Of a DNA stretch of 61,044 bases, positions 31,204 through 42,134 are shown piece by piece. A program made the position numbers and the translations under genes. Numbering within the stretch: position 1 is the stretch's first letter; the number at the start of each line of letters is the position of its first letter. A model generated the notes under the pieces. That model was not told the DNA's origin, ran no database searches, and saw nothing but the letters and a program-made list of their open reading frames with translations. This DNA comes from a virus (Duplodnaviria > Caudoviricetes): the IMG/VR virus record IMGVR_UViG_3300042569_003025, positions 1 to 61,044 of that record. One strand, given 5' to 3'.

Positions 31204-31824
31204 ATGAATTTCTTAAATTATTACAAATTATTCACAGAAGGTTTGTCAAGATCAATAATTGTCGTAGATGTGCAACCTGCTTATAGCGGGATATATGACG
31301 GAGATGAAAATCCTATTTTTGAAAAAATTATAAATTTTTGCCAACGAAGTTCTGGTAAAATATTAATGTTTGTAAACGCAGAAGAAGACCAACTTACTAC
31401 TGATACCATAGAAGACATCAAAATATATTGGGAAGACTCCGGTTTTGATGATTGGAATAGAGTAGAAATCGTGGATAAAGGTTATGGTTTTTTAAGAGGT
31501 TGGATGGACAATCAAGTATCCGACAGAAGCATTATAAAAGCATTAAGAGAAATGTATAGATTGAGAATTTCGGACTCACGCGAAATAGTAGATTCATTTG
31601 ATGAAGTAGAATCACAAGAGAAATGGAAGGAGACATTAAATGATCCGAATATACCATCACACGACCCATTATATGTTTTTCCTAAATCTATTAGAAAATT
31701 AAAAGAATATCAAAATTCGCTTTTAGTCGGCGGAGGACGAAATGAATGCCTAAGAGAAGTGGAACTTATCATGAACGCTTTTAATATAAAGTATAAAAGA
31801 GTGGACGATTTGATTTATGGATAA
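31204..31824 (+). CDS. isochorismatase/nicotinamidase-like cysteine hydrolase
   Basis: IIVVDVQ (Asp), VDKGYG (Lys), LLVGGGRNECL (Cys): the triad order of the family. Confidence 0.65.
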   Translation: MNFLNYYKLFTEGLSRSIIVVDVQPAYSGIYDGDENPIFEKIINFCQRSSGKILMFVNAEEDQLTTDTIEDIKIYWEDSGFDDWNRVEIVDKGYGFLRGWMDNQVSDRSIIKALREMYRLRISDSREIVDSFDEVESQEKWKETLNDPNIPSHDPLYVFPKSIRKLKEYQNSLLVGGGRNECLREVELIMNAFNIKYKRVDDLIYG

Positions 31825-31832
31825 ATAGTTTT

Positions 31833-32267
31833 ATGACAAATCATTTTGATAATTTCGTAGATCAGATATTAGAAGCATGTTGGAAAAATTACCAACAAGT
31901 AGGAATGAAAAATAAGAATGGTAAAAAAGTTCCCAACTGTGTTCCTAAAAAGAAAGGTGTAAAAGCTCCGAAAAAAGTCGTCGAAGAAAAGAAATCTCCT
32001 GCATGGCAAAGAAAAGAAGGTAAAAATCCTTCAGGTGGTTTAAATGAGAAAGGAGTTGCATCATATCGAAGAGAAAATCCCGGCAGTAAACTAAAAACAG
32101 CAGTTACTACAAAACCTTCTAAATTGAAAAAAGGAAGTAAAGATGCAAAACGTAGAAAATCATTTTGCTCAAGAATGAGCGGTATGAAAAAGAAACTTAC
32201 GTCTGCAAAAACTGCAAGAGATCCAAATAGTAGAATTAATAAAAGTTTAAGAAAATGGAATTGTTAA
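31833..32267 (+). CDS. basic T4-like phage protein (DUF6321-like)
   Basis: 'ACWKNY..VGMK.KNGK.VPNCVP' and 'AWQRKEGKNPSGGLN.KG..SY..ENPGSKL...RRKSFCSRM.G...DPNSRINKSLRKWNC'. Confidence 0.7.
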   Translation: MTNHFDNFVDQILEACWKNYQQVGMKNKNGKKVPNCVPKKKGVKAPKKVVEEKKSPAWQRKEGKNPSGGLNEKGVASYRRENPGSKLKTAVTTKPSKLKKGSKDAKRRKSFCSRMSGMKKKLTSAKTARDPNSRINKSLRKWNC

Positions 32268-32914
32268 ACAATTCGTGTAACAGTTCCATAATATCCTAGA
32301 ATGTTATATTTTTCATGAGAAACAGATTTGTGAGGAAAAACTTGACATTTTACAAAAGTTAAGTTTCCGTTTTTTTGATTTTTGATATCAAATTCTGATT
32401 CAAACGGAATATCTTCCCGAATACTTTCATTCCATAATTCTACAACTCGTTTGCGATGTTCTTCTTCAACACAAACAAGCCAACCTTTACCATTTAGATT
32501 TTCAAAGTCTAGTCCAGTTAAATCCATAAATGCTTTGTTACACCATATTAGATTTCCTATACGATCAAATTCTAGCATACTCGCAGTCATTAAACTAGAT
32601 GCAATCAATTTTGAACGTAATTCCGCTAAACGAGTATTATCATCAATTCGGAGAATACGATCCATTATAGACTTTCCACTATTGGCAGAGAATTCTTTAC
32701 TCAACGAATTTATTACCGGAAGAACTCTATCATTAACGGTTTCTAAATTTTCATTTAATTTAGTTTCTAATGTATTTATTTTCTCTACAATTCCTTTTAA
32801 TGGCTTTATAACCATCTTCCATCCTCCATATAAGAATCCTCCTATAGTAACCGCAGCTACTATAAAATCTAAAAATTTAGCAATTGTGTCAAAATCGAAA
32901 AATGCGAAAACCAT
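32264..32914 (-). CDS. membrane-anchored PAS-domain protein
   Basis: N-terminal TM (FIVAAVTIGGFLYGGW), coiled coil, then 'FDRIGNLIWCNKAFMDLTGL......GKGWL..V..EHR..V...W...PFE.EF...GYYGTV' PAS signature. Confidence 0.8.
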   Translation of the reverse strand: MVFAFFDFDTIAKFLDFIVAAVTIGGFLYGGWKMVIKPLKGIVEKINTLETKLNENLETVNDRVLPVINSLSKEFSANSGKSIMDRILRIDDNTRLAELRSKLIASSLMTASMLEFDRIGNLIWCNKAFMDLTGLDFENLNGKGWLVCVEEEHRKRVVELWNESIREDIPFESEFDIKNQKNGNLTFVKCQVFPHKSVSHEKYNILGYYGTVTRIV

Positions 32915-32940
32915 ATAACTATTTATTAATTAATAGGTGA

Positions 32941-35900
32941 TTATATGTTTTCAAAAGGATCAGATAAATCAGCTATTACATTTTCATAAACCTTTGATAT
33001 TGAACTCAATGCATCACTACAAATCGACACTTTTCCGTCCGGAGATTTTATATAAATTTTACCGTAAGAACTTGGTGCAGGATAGTTTGACGATAAGTTT
33101 TCTACGGTTACGAAATACTGATTTCCGTATATATCAGTTTGCCAGTTCCATACATTAGATGTTAATGATAGTTGATTTGTGTACCAGTTATTTGAACAAC
33201 TTACAAAAAGTTGATTTCTGTAATTTTTATATAAATCACTTTCTTTCCATTCTCCAGTTTCTGTACTCCAAGGAGAAAAACTTAATGGTGTATTATATAA
33301 ACCATAAAATTCTCTTTTAGTTTTTTCATGAGTATTTGTATAAGGAATAAATGTTTGTTTATTTTCGGTTAATGGTGTTCCTTGACGTTGACCAAGAGAA
33401 AAATCAGTTATATATTTTGAATAACTTCCGTTTTTACCGAATGGAGCATCAAAATAATTATCTACTCTATAAACGTCAGTACCAGAAGTATTCGGAGAGA
33501 AAAGTGTTCTTTTATCAAAAGTTTCAAATCTATTCATTCCTATTCTTTTTGGATTATAGAAATTCAATTCTTCATCAGTTTGGAGATATTCTATTTTTTC
33601 TTCCACTACAAAATTAGACCCTTTTTGATTTAATAAATCTCTCCACGGATTTTCTGGATATTGATTGTTGGAAAAAGATACTGGAACGAATTTGGATTTA
33701 TCTCCATATGTTATATCTAATGCAGTTAATATTGCAGTATATGAATTTCTTGCATAATAGTTTACAAAAACGGGAATGCCGCTCAACTCTACGTTTAGAA
33801 TTATATCTGAATTATAATTAGTTGCGGAAACACCTGTTTTAGAAGGAGAACAATAATGATAACAACCACACTTTTCTTTTCCAGAACAATCGGAATAACA
33901 AAATGTTTTTTGAACATAACAATTAGATATTTCTGAATTCAAATAATTTAATAATTCACTGCTAACACAAGAATCAAAAGATATTTTATTCCATTTACGA
34001 ACTGGAGAAACTACATCAAATGTTAAATCCTGACTCCATATAAAACAATCATGAGCACAATTTCCAAATTTATATTGTATTACAGTTTTATCTCCTAACA
34101 CTATATCAGATGGAGGAGGTTGTGTAATTTGAAGATAATCATATTTTATAGAAAATTGATTGCTATCAATAGATTTATAAAATGATTTGCCTTCACTTTC
34201 TCCATAAGAAGCATTTCCCCAATAATTGTTTTCTGCACTAATTGGGATTTTAATTAAAAAGTTGACAGAATCATTTTTATTTGTATATGTAACAAATGAA
34301 ATATTATTATCATTTGTTTTTAATTTTACATATTCTCCACTTGTTGTTGTAATTTCTGTTCCTTTATAAAGTAATCTTTTCTTCGTTTCATTAACTGTTG
34401 AACGATGACGATAATTTAAGAAATCACCAAATTCCAAAATCATATCAGAAACAACTCCTGAGTCTATCCAATTATTATTCTCGTCCTGAATTGCTTTATA
34501 CCAAGTTGGATAATAAGAAATTTTTTCACAATTTTCATCTGAAATAGTTCCTTTTTCATAAGGTTGATTAATTATAAAGAATGGAGAATCGAAATTGCAA
34601 TTATTTGCATCTGAACGATAATAAATGTATGATTGACCTTTTTCAAGAACGAAATCATTTCCTTCCTGATTTTTCCAAACACCGCTGCCCCAGCCCAAAT
34701 CTTTTTCAATTAAATTAGGATAAAATTTTGCACTATCAATGCTATTAATATAATCTTTTCCATCAGTTCCAATCCAAGTTTTTTTATTGAATAATTTTGG
34801 ATAAACAACATCTTTTACAATAAAATCCGGAAGAATTTTATATTGATTTAATTTTGCGGAAGAATGACCAAAAGGAGAATAATAAATTGCTTGGCAAGAA
34901 CATTTTTTCCATTTTTCAAATAAATCTTTATTTTTTGAATTTTGAATGTTTTGATTTTCAAAAGAAATTGAATGATCTAGATATTTATATGGACAAGAAC
35001 GGTCATGATCAAATCCTAAAAATCCACGAACTTTATTGATACTAGTTGTTTCACCATTCCAAACAAATCTAACAGTTTCTCCCGGAGAACATTTGAATGC
35101 AGCACTGGATTGGGCACCGCCACTAACATATGACCAATTTGTATAAAATGTTGTATATTCCGGTTCACATCCACAATTTTCTTGATTTGAAGGAGAGAAT
35201 AATTTTAACGGAACTGCTTTGAGCCATGCAACTTCAATTTCTGGTCCACAAATTGTATTATTTTTAATAATCCAATCAGCATCTTCGATATTTTCCGCAG
35301 CTACTGCACCAGAAAAACATTTCTCTACATCCAAAGAAGATAATGCTACGTCTGATCCATTTAAGTAATTAAAGAATAAATCTGAATCATTTTCATATCG
35401 TTGAATTGGGAAATATATTTTGTTATCTCCTACAGTTATTGGGATTTGTGTTTGTTTAAAATTATACAACCATGCAACTTTAGATACATTTGAATAAATT
35501 GCATTTGATTGCATTTCAGGAACTAAAAAGATTTTATCCGCATTATCAAAATTATTACTTGCATATCCGTATTTTCCTAAACTACTTTCTTGCAAGTATA
35601 ATGGTTGAACAACTGAAATACTACTAAATGAAGTCCAGTACAATTTATTAACATTTTGTTGAGAGAATGTGAAATCCTCTTCGGTAGGAAAGAATTTCCG
35701 GCTTTTTAGAATTGTGTCATTTATTCCCGGACCACTCCAGCTTCCTCCTATTGCAGAAGTTCCATAATCAGAAAATGGAAACTTGAACATTTTACCATCG
35801 TTCATTGTAGCAGACATAACGTCTTTTACAACTACGGTATTTGTATCTTGTAACCATGCACCTTGCATCAAGTTATTTCCTGCATTTATAAAAATTAAAT

Positions 35901-36867
35901 CAGAAACATCAGCAGCACTACCACCTGTTGCACCCGTCCAATTTAAATCATTAATTGGAGTGTTTTTATAAATTCCTTCTGGCAAATCAAAAACTGTTGA
36001 TCCGCTAAACCAGTAAAAAAAGTTGTTTCCAGTTTCTAAAGGAATAGAAATTTCTTTATAATCTTCTACATAATATCCTCCTGATACATATGATATTCTT
36101 GTTGAAAGATATTTGCTATATGCTTTTTGCAATAGTTGGTCAACAGTTTCATTGCTTGGTTCGCAAATATAAAGAGATTCAATTGGATCAGATTTAGCGG
36201 ATAATGGCGTTGAAAATAAATTAAAGCATAAATCGTTGAATATACATGAAAAAGGATTAATTGAATCATTGTCTGCATAATAATCATGTGTATCATATAA
36301 TTCTTCAATTTCTATTGAAAAGTCATCTGAAATAGAAGAAAAAGAAGGAGAAATTGATACAAAAGGATTTTCACTAACAAAGTTAGTTTGTTCAGTTTTC
36401 GTGAATTTTGAAATGATGTTATTTGATATAATCTTTTTCAATCCTTCAAATGAACCAACAAGATTATACTCCAATTTTTTATTTTTCAATTCTTCTCTTT
36501 TCTTTACATAAAACAATGCAATATCTTTTAATTTTTTTGCATATGCAGGAATAATTAATGATAAATCCGTTTCTGATTCTAAATCTGCACTAGAATATCT
36601 TTGGAATTCTTCATCATCCTTGAATATTACTTGCAACTTTTTTATAAGATTGATATAGTCCTGTTTTATTTTATCTCTTGCTTCCTCATTTCTCTTTTCA
36701 GTATTTTTATAAAAATCTCTTACATAATTATTATATTGAATTTCTGCATCAGAAAATGAAATTCCTATATTCCGAGAATTCCACTCCGAGAATGATAACG
36801 GTGCATCAGAAACTTCACTTGTTAAACTTTTTGGTTTAGAAATGTTATTCAATATAATTGAAGGCAT
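32941..36867 (-). CDS. very large Cys-rich virion/baseplate-associated protein
   Basis: 1308 aa, directly downstream of the gp6-like gene, late motif upstream. Confidence 0.55.
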   Translation of the reverse strand: MPSIILNNISKPKSLTSEVSDAPLSFSEWNSRNIGISFSDAEIQYNNYVRDFYKNTEKRNEEARDKIKQDYINLIKKLQVIFKDDEEFQRYSSADLESETDLSLIIPAYAKKLKDIALFYVKKREELKNKKLEYNLVGSFEGLKKIISNNIISKFTKTEQTNFVSENPFVSISPSFSSISDDFSIEIEELYDTHDYYADNDSINPFSCIFNDLCFNLFSTPLSAKSDPIESLYICEPSNETVDQLLQKAYSKYLSTRISYVSGGYYVEDYKEISIPLETGNNFFYWFSGSTVFDLPEGIYKNTPINDLNWTGATGGSAADVSDLIFINAGNNLMQGAWLQDTNTVVVKDVMSATMNDGKMFKFPFSDYGTSAIGGSWSGPGINDTILKSRKFFPTEEDFTFSQQNVNKLYWTSFSSISVVQPLYLQESSLGKYGYASNNFDNADKIFLVPEMQSNAIYSNVSKVAWLYNFKQTQIPITVGDNKIYFPIQRYENDSDLFFNYLNGSDVALSSLDVEKCFSGAVAAENIEDADWIIKNNTICGPEIEVAWLKAVPLKLFSPSNQENCGCEPEYTTFYTNWSYVSGGAQSSAAFKCSPGETVRFVWNGETTSINKVRGFLGFDHDRSCPYKYLDHSISFENQNIQNSKNKDLFEKWKKCSCQAIYYSPFGHSSAKLNQYKILPDFIVKDVVYPKLFNKKTWIGTDGKDYINSIDSAKFYPNLIEKDLGWGSGVWKNQEGNDFVLEKGQSYIYYRSDANNCNFDSPFFIINQPYEKGTISDENCEKISYYPTWYKAIQDENNNWIDSGVVSDMILEFGDFLNYRHRSTVNETKKRLLYKGTEITTTSGEYVKLKTNDNNISFVTYTNKNDSVNFLIKIPISAENNYWGNASYGESEGKSFYKSIDSNQFSIKYDYLQITQPPPSDIVLGDKTVIQYKFGNCAHDCFIWSQDLTFDVVSPVRKWNKISFDSCVSSELLNYLNSEISNCYVQKTFCYSDCSGKEKCGCYHYCSPSKTGVSATNYNSDIILNVELSGIPVFVNYYARNSYTAILTALDITYGDKSKFVPVSFSNNQYPENPWRDLLNQKGSNFVVEEKIEYLQTDEELNFYNPKRIGMNRFETFDKRTLFSPNTSGTDVYRVDNYFDAPFGKNGSYSKYITDFSLGQRQGTPLTENKQTFIPYTNTHEKTKREFYGLYNTPLSFSPWSTETGEWKESDLYKNYRNQLFVSCSNNWYTNQLSLTSNVWNWQTDIYGNQYFVTVENLSSNYPAPSSYGKIYIKSPDGKVSICSDALSSISKVYENVIADLSDPFENI

Positions 36868-36875
36868 AACATTAT

Positions 36876-38627
36876 TTATACAACCACTATTCTTTCGACA
36901 AATGCCTTATTATTTAAAAATGGAAATTGGAAATCTTTGATTGGAATTATACTGGATGCTTGTGCGACGGTTTGACTAAAATAAACAGGATTCCAATATA
37001 TAAATCGTAATCCACGAACATAATTTCCGGTAACTTTGTTTCTTGTATAAATCTGGTCAATTCCATCAATATTCAACAAATCAACATTTAGCTGTTGAAT
37101 GTTGATACTACTTCCAAGAAATAAATTAGAAACATCGAAATAACTAGAAATCATGTTTTGTACATCCTCTTTTAAACTTGTTTCGTTTCTTCTATTATTT
37201 GCCTTTTTTCTAATATAAATCTGAGCGTTCTTGATATCATCATTTGTGATAGTTGCATTTACTTGCAATCCTAAATCACAAGAAATATAAACGGGATCAG
37301 AAACTATGGTTTCGCTTGTTAATACTTGTTCTTCACGAATAGTGTCCAATATTAATTGTTTTTGAGCAGGAGTTAAATATGATAAACTATTTTTAATAGT
37401 TTTAGGAACGACAAAAAGATAAACATTGTTAAAGTTGCATGAATCTGCATAATTTATTTGATTAAAAAGTGCCCGACTTTCAAATTGTGGTTTGGTTAAA
37501 CCATTATCATAAAAATATTTTATGTATGAATCAAGATATTCTTTATTATTCTTTACAGTTACGTCTTGGATAATATTTGAAAAATTACTCTTTATAAAAG
37601 TGGCATAAGATTTTGCTGTAGTTACATTAAACTGTGAACGAAAAGTCCCCGGAGCATTCTTTTTAATAGATGCTATATTTTCTGGTGCTGCATAATAAGT
37701 GCTTGGAAATTTGTTATCAAGATATAAGTTCAACATTTGTTGACTAGTTAAATAACTAACATTTTCATCACTAAGAATACTGGTTAAATTAAATGAATTT
37801 GAAGGAGTTAGTTTTCTATTAAGTAAACTCCCCACCCCGATTTCGCCACTGCTTCCATTAGAAGACAAATAATAGACCAACACTTTATCAGCATTAGTTA
37901 GTTTTTTACCATTGATATCATCACCAAATTTAATTTCATAAATTTTATTTTCATTAAATCTTAATTCGTAAACTTTATCAGCATGATTATTAATATATAA
38001 TGATTGGGTTTTAGTCCATTTTTCCCAAACGTTATTTGTTTGAATATACACATCAATTGCAAAATTATCCACAATTACGGAATCATCCACACTAATATAT
38101 AAGATTTCATTAGATGTTCCTGTTGCACTATAAATCGGTAATTCTACAAAAGAACCTTGATATAAAACCGCAGAACTATCAATTCCAGATATTTCCTCAG
38201 TTGTGGAATTTAAGGATTTTGTAAAAGTCAAATCTTTCCATAAACTATAAACTAATCCACCAATATTCACCGCAGAATATCTCGGAATTGTATAAAAACC
38301 TGCATTTAAATTACTTGCAGATAATGAGAAACAAACACTTGCAGTTTGATGCCCAACTGGTTTATAATCAAGTTCTTTAACTATACGATTCATATTTTCA
38401 TAAACATTAGTTTCTGAAAACTGACCGTTAACGCTATTTTGATTTAAATAATACATTAATAACGAAAAACTCATTGCAATGCTATCGTTTAATGCAGCTA
38501 AGTTAGATCCTTCATAATTCTGGTCGGTAAAAATACCAGTCTGATTAAGACGATCTTTAATTTTTTGTTTTATACTTAACCCATCAAAGGCTACATATGC
38601 ATTTTTCGGTACTGGAAAATCATTCAT
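36876..38627 (-). CDS. baseplate wedge subunit (T4 gp6-like)
   Basis: 'FTDQNYEGSNL', 'YEIKFGDDINGKKL', 'ENIASIKKNAP..F..Q...T...Y'. Confidence 0.85.
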   Translation of the reverse strand: MNDFPVPKNAYVAFDGLSIKQKIKDRLNQTGIFTDQNYEGSNLAALNDSIAMSFSLLMYYLNQNSVNGQFSETNVYENMNRIVKELDYKPVGHQTASVCFSLSASNLNAGFYTIPRYSAVNIGGLVYSLWKDLTFTKSLNSTTEEISGIDSSAVLYQGSFVELPIYSATGTSNEILYISVDDSVIVDNFAIDVYIQTNNVWEKWTKTQSLYINNHADKVYELRFNENKIYEIKFGDDINGKKLTNADKVLVYYLSSNGSSGEIGVGSLLNRKLTPSNSFNLTSILSDENVSYLTSQQMLNLYLDNKFPSTYYAAPENIASIKKNAPGTFRSQFNVTTAKSYATFIKSNFSNIIQDVTVKNNKEYLDSYIKYFYDNGLTKPQFESRALFNQINYADSCNFNNVYLFVVPKTIKNSLSYLTPAQKQLILDTIREEQVLTSETIVSDPVYISCDLGLQVNATITNDDIKNAQIYIRKKANNRRNETSLKEDVQNMISSYFDVSNLFLGSSINIQQLNVDLLNIDGIDQIYTRNKVTGNYVRGLRFIYWNPVYFSQTVAQASSIIPIKDFQFPFLNNKAFVERIVVV

Positions 38628-38694
38628 ACTTTTATTTATCGGTTACAATGTTTATACAATTGTATAGAAAGTATTTTGTAACCATTTATCATCG

Positions 38695-39213
38695 TTAATT
38701 ATTCCCTCCGTTGGTACGAGTTCCTTTTGGTTGTTTACCTTTGTTATATTCATTATCTAAAGTCTGACCTTTCTCAATTGGACTTTTTTGGGAAAATTCA
38801 TCGTCAATTGGTAATTGATGAGCAAACATTGGATCAACAATTGTTTTCAAAATACTAACAGGAACAGTAATTGGGGCAGAATATAATCCGGGAGTTTTAT
38901 GAATTACTACATCTGCTTCTTCAAAATTGTTTGGAGAAATTTCTGAAATATATGCAGAAGTTGGTTTAACAATTTTTAATGCACTAACATACAAAGGTTG
39001 TTTCTTTTTAGCAAGGAAAAGTAGATTATTATAAAACTCTGGTCCACGCTTAACTTTTAATTCTTTTGATATATCAGGATCAGATAATTGTTTTTGATCA
39101 ATCACTACAAAACTTCCTCCACGAATAGATGCAGGATTGTAATGTTCAATGATAGGATCAAGAATTTGAACAGGATCATATTTTTCTAAAATGGATTTGG
39201 TTTTATCGTTCAT
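38695..39213 (-). CDS. hypothetical late protein
   Basis: 172-aa ORF with TAAATA-N5-ATG. Confidence 0.55.
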   Translation of the reverse strand: MNDKTKSILEKYDPVQILDPIIEHYNPASIRGGSFVVIDQKQLSDPDISKELKVKRGPEFYNNLLFLAKKKQPLYVSALKIVKPTSAYISEISPNNFEEADVVIHKTPGLYSAPITVPVSILKTIVDPMFAHQLPIDDEFSQKSPIEKGQTLDNEYNKGKQPKGTRTNGGNN

Positions 39214-39256
39214 AGTTATATTTACTTATTTTGATTTCCTAATAAATAATACTATA

Positions 39257-39721
39257 ATGATTAATATCTCAAATCTAAGCAATAAAATTTCCGATAACAA
39301 AAGTGTTTTTTCGGATCTAGATTTGCTATTAGAGGAAATCAAAGTTTCCAAGAATAAAATTACAAATGACTTTGCAACGGGTAATGATTTGTCAATCTCC
39401 ACCGATGAAACTGCAATCAAAAATTCTATTCGAAATATTTTATTTCAATCCCGTCACTTAACTGATATGAATGCCAATTTACAAAAATATATTGGTGAAC
39501 CAATTTCAGAATTTAGAGGATTGTCATTAGGTGAAGATATTGAAAGAGTCTTAAAAATCTATGAACCAAGAATAAAAATTACCAAAATTTTAGTAGGAAC
39601 AGATTTGGAAAATTCTCAATATTATATATCTATTGCTGCACAATTAGTTAATTTAGGCCAATCTATTAAAATCAATGCAGCATTTAATCGGAATGGCAGT
39701 TTTAACTTTATAAATAACTAA
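39257..39721 (+). CDS. baseplate wedge subunit (T4 gp25-like)
   Basis: 'FSDLDL...DETAIKNSIRNIL...IERVLKIYEPRIKI'. Confidence 0.8.
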   Translation: MINISNLSNKISDNKSVFSDLDLLLEEIKVSKNKITNDFATGNDLSISTDETAIKNSIRNILFQSRHLTDMNANLQKYIGEPISEFRGLSLGEDIERVLKIYEPRIKITKILVGTDLENSQYYISIAAQLVNLGQSIKINAAFNRNGSFNFINN

Positions 39722-39722
39722 A

Positions 39723-41594
39723 ATGATTAATATTTCTCCACTTTCTGGGTATAAGAATACTACAATTTTCACGTTTACAAATTCTGACATTAGCGAGGAA
39801 TCAAATGTGATATGGGGAGACGACACAACGTCGCAAGGTGCCTCTGCAATGCACGTTTACTCTGAGATAGGGTTGTACTCTGCTTTTGGCGGAACCTGCT
39901 CCTCAACGTCAGCATTCAATCTTAGCGTGTATGAGGGAGAATACTTTAAAGACCAATTATTCATTGCTCGTAGTGCATTATCATCATTAGTAACAAATCC
40001 TTTTGTTTTCACGATTTATCTTTCAAGTAAAAATCCAACCAATACAATTTTCTTATATTCTAGCGGAAGTAATTCCATTCCATATAATTCAACTAGAAAT
40101 TTCTGGAGTCATTTAAATCCAGAATGGGAATTTTTATACAATGATTTAGCGGTTGATAGTATTACAATGACGGGAACACCCATCTATAGTGATACAAGAA
40201 TACTAGGATACTCTGCAATGTCTGTGGTAAAATATAAAGATGATATGCCGGGTAATCCGATTTTATTTTTCACTCTTGAAAATAAAGAATATAATTTACC
40301 AACTAATTCTAGAGTTTATGCAGCAATTAGTCATAGTATTTGTGCAGTTGATCCAGATAAATTAATTATAACTAGTGACGGAATTAATCCTATTAATAAA
40401 ATACAATGGGCAGACAAACAAATACCATATGTAATAAGTGTCGGCAGTTCAATTTTATCATCTGATAATATTCTTCATTATGTTTCGGGAAATATAACAA
40501 ATGTGAAAATGAGTAGCAATTGTTATAATTTTAATTTGAGTAGTTTTCAATATAATGTTTCTCCAATCTTTCTTTTTGATGAAAATTGTTTTTCATCTGG
40601 TGGATATTTATTATCAACGTTTTTCTATCCAAGTTCTGCATTACCTCCAATAGAAATATCAAATGATCTAGATAGTTGCAATTCTAATTTTGATAAAATT
40701 GAATTTGTTAAAAATAGAAATTCGCCAAAGAATATAATCTTGTCTGCAACAGGAATTTTTAGTTATGATAATAAAACATTTTCATTATCAGGAATTTCAA
40801 ACTCTTTTGATATTCTTGCATTTGAAAATCGTCATCAATTTTATAGAAAGGGAGAAGATTATAATGTTTATGAAATATTAAAACAAAGTTTACCATTTGA
40901 TTTAAACGAATATTCTAATTTTAATAGTTATTTGAGTGCAATTGCAGGAGAAGGTGATTCATTAGGAAAGGTATATGACAAGATTAATAATTTCGCCCTT
41001 GATCATTCTGATATAGATGTTTGCAACATAGAATCCATTTCTGACAAATATGCTAAGTTCGATGATTCTTTGGAAGATTTTGGTTTAGAATTTCCAGAAG
41101 AACTTCGTCGATTATTCCATTTCTCTTCTATTCCTTTACAAAAATTAATTGGAACTCGTTGTTCGTGTAATACTAATTTTATAAATTGTGCAGGTTGTCA
41201 AGCAACTAACATTTGTACAATATGCAAATATGATAAAAAGAGTAACTTAGGAGAACAAATATTATCTAATAGTCTTTTAACAGTTGGAGAAACAATTCTT
41301 TATAGAGAAAATGGATCAGAAGTTTTCAATTTCTTATCAATAGAGGATAATGGCAAACAACAGTTTCCTTTAAGTGAATTAAACATGGAACCTTTTTATT
41401 CAAAAGGTTTGTTTAATTATTGTTTTTTCCGTTGGAATAAAACTCCTCAAAACAATCCAATACAAAGTGTGGTTAATTATAAAGACAGCAGAAATTTATT
41501 AAATCCCGCATTGTCATCAAACAGTGATTGGTATAGTGATAATGGAATAATTGAAGAAATGTTTAATTATGTATTAACCAAAAATTTATTATAA
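39723..41594 (+). CDS. structural protein with N-terminal PKD-like domain and Cys-rich C-terminal region
   Basis: 'VIWGDDT......HVYSEIGLY'; 'LGKVYDKINNF...SDIDVCNI...L'. Confidence 0.55.
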   Translation: MINISPLSGYKNTTIFTFTNSDISEESNVIWGDDTTSQGASAMHVYSEIGLYSAFGGTCSSTSAFNLSVYEGEYFKDQLFIARSALSSLVTNPFVFTIYLSSKNPTNTIFLYSSGSNSIPYNSTRNFWSHLNPEWEFLYNDLAVDSITMTGTPIYSDTRILGYSAMSVVKYKDDMPGNPILFFTLENKEYNLPTNSRVYAAISHSICAVDPDKLIITSDGINPINKIQWADKQIPYVISVGSSILSSDNILHYVSGNITNVKMSSNCYNFNLSSFQYNVSPIFLFDENCFSSGGYLLSTFFYPSSALPPIEISNDLDSCNSNFDKIEFVKNRNSPKNIILSATGIFSYDNKTFSLSGISNSFDILAFENRHQFYRKGEDYNVYEILKQSLPFDLNEYSNFNSYLSAIAGEGDSLGKVYDKINNFALDHSDIDVCNIESISDKYAKFDDSLEDFGLEFPEELRRLFHFSSIPLQKLIGTRCSCNTNFINCAGCQATNICTICKYDKKSNLGEQILSNSLLTVGETILYRENGSEVFNFLSIEDNGKQQFPLSELNMEPFYSKGLFNYCFFRWNKTPQNNPIQSVVNYKDSRNLLNPALSSNSDWYSDNGIIEEMFNYVLTKNLL

Positions 41595-41602
41595 ATAATT
41601 TT

Positions 41603-42133
41603 ATGAACTTTAAAGAATATTACAAATTATTTCTAGAAAATTATGCAGAAACCGATTTAGACTCTGCATATGAATTATTCAATAAAGAATATTTAGCTAC
41701 TACTGGAAAAAGTTGGACAAAGGAAAAATTCTTACAGCGAGCAAGTAACTGGAAGTTTTATGGAGATTCTAATGGTTATGTTGCATTGCGTCCTCAACGG
41801 AGTGGGTTTTATAAATTAGTTGGAACTGCCGGAAGCAATAAATCAAAATATAAAGCATTCTTAGAAATCGAAAGTTTGAATTTGCCTGTTTGGGGAATGG
41901 TTAGTAAAGAAGTAGCGAACTTATTACTTAAAAGAAGTTACCGAATGCCTACAACTGAGGAAATAGAATCTTTGAAAATTCTGTTAAGTGGTAATTATAT
42001 TTTAGGAGATGCAAAACTTGTAGAACTTTTACCAGATGGTGGAATAATTTTGGATTATCCTGATGTAGGAAGAGTTGTGAAATATTTTGTAGGTTCTGAA
42101 CCATACTGGGAAAAGTTAAAAACCTTTATGTAA
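41603..42133 (+). CDS. hypothetical protein with shared N-terminal leader
   Basis: Begins MNFKEYYKLFLE; TATAAATA-N5-ATG. Confidence 0.6.
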   Translation: MNFKEYYKLFLENYAETDLDSAYELFNKEYLATTGKSWTKEKFLQRASNWKFYGDSNGYVALRPQRSGFYKLVGTAGSNKSKYKAFLEIESLNLPVWGMVSKEVANLLLKRSYRMPTTEEIESLKILLSGNYILGDAKLVELLPDGGIILDYPDVGRVVKYFVGSEPYWEKLKTFM

Positions 42134-42134
42134 T

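Noticed and set aside
32382-32918. 178-aa plus-strand ORF and many similar 60-150 aa antisense ORFs inside long genes
   Set aside because: They fully overlap better-supported genes on the opposite strand or frame and have shadow-like composition.
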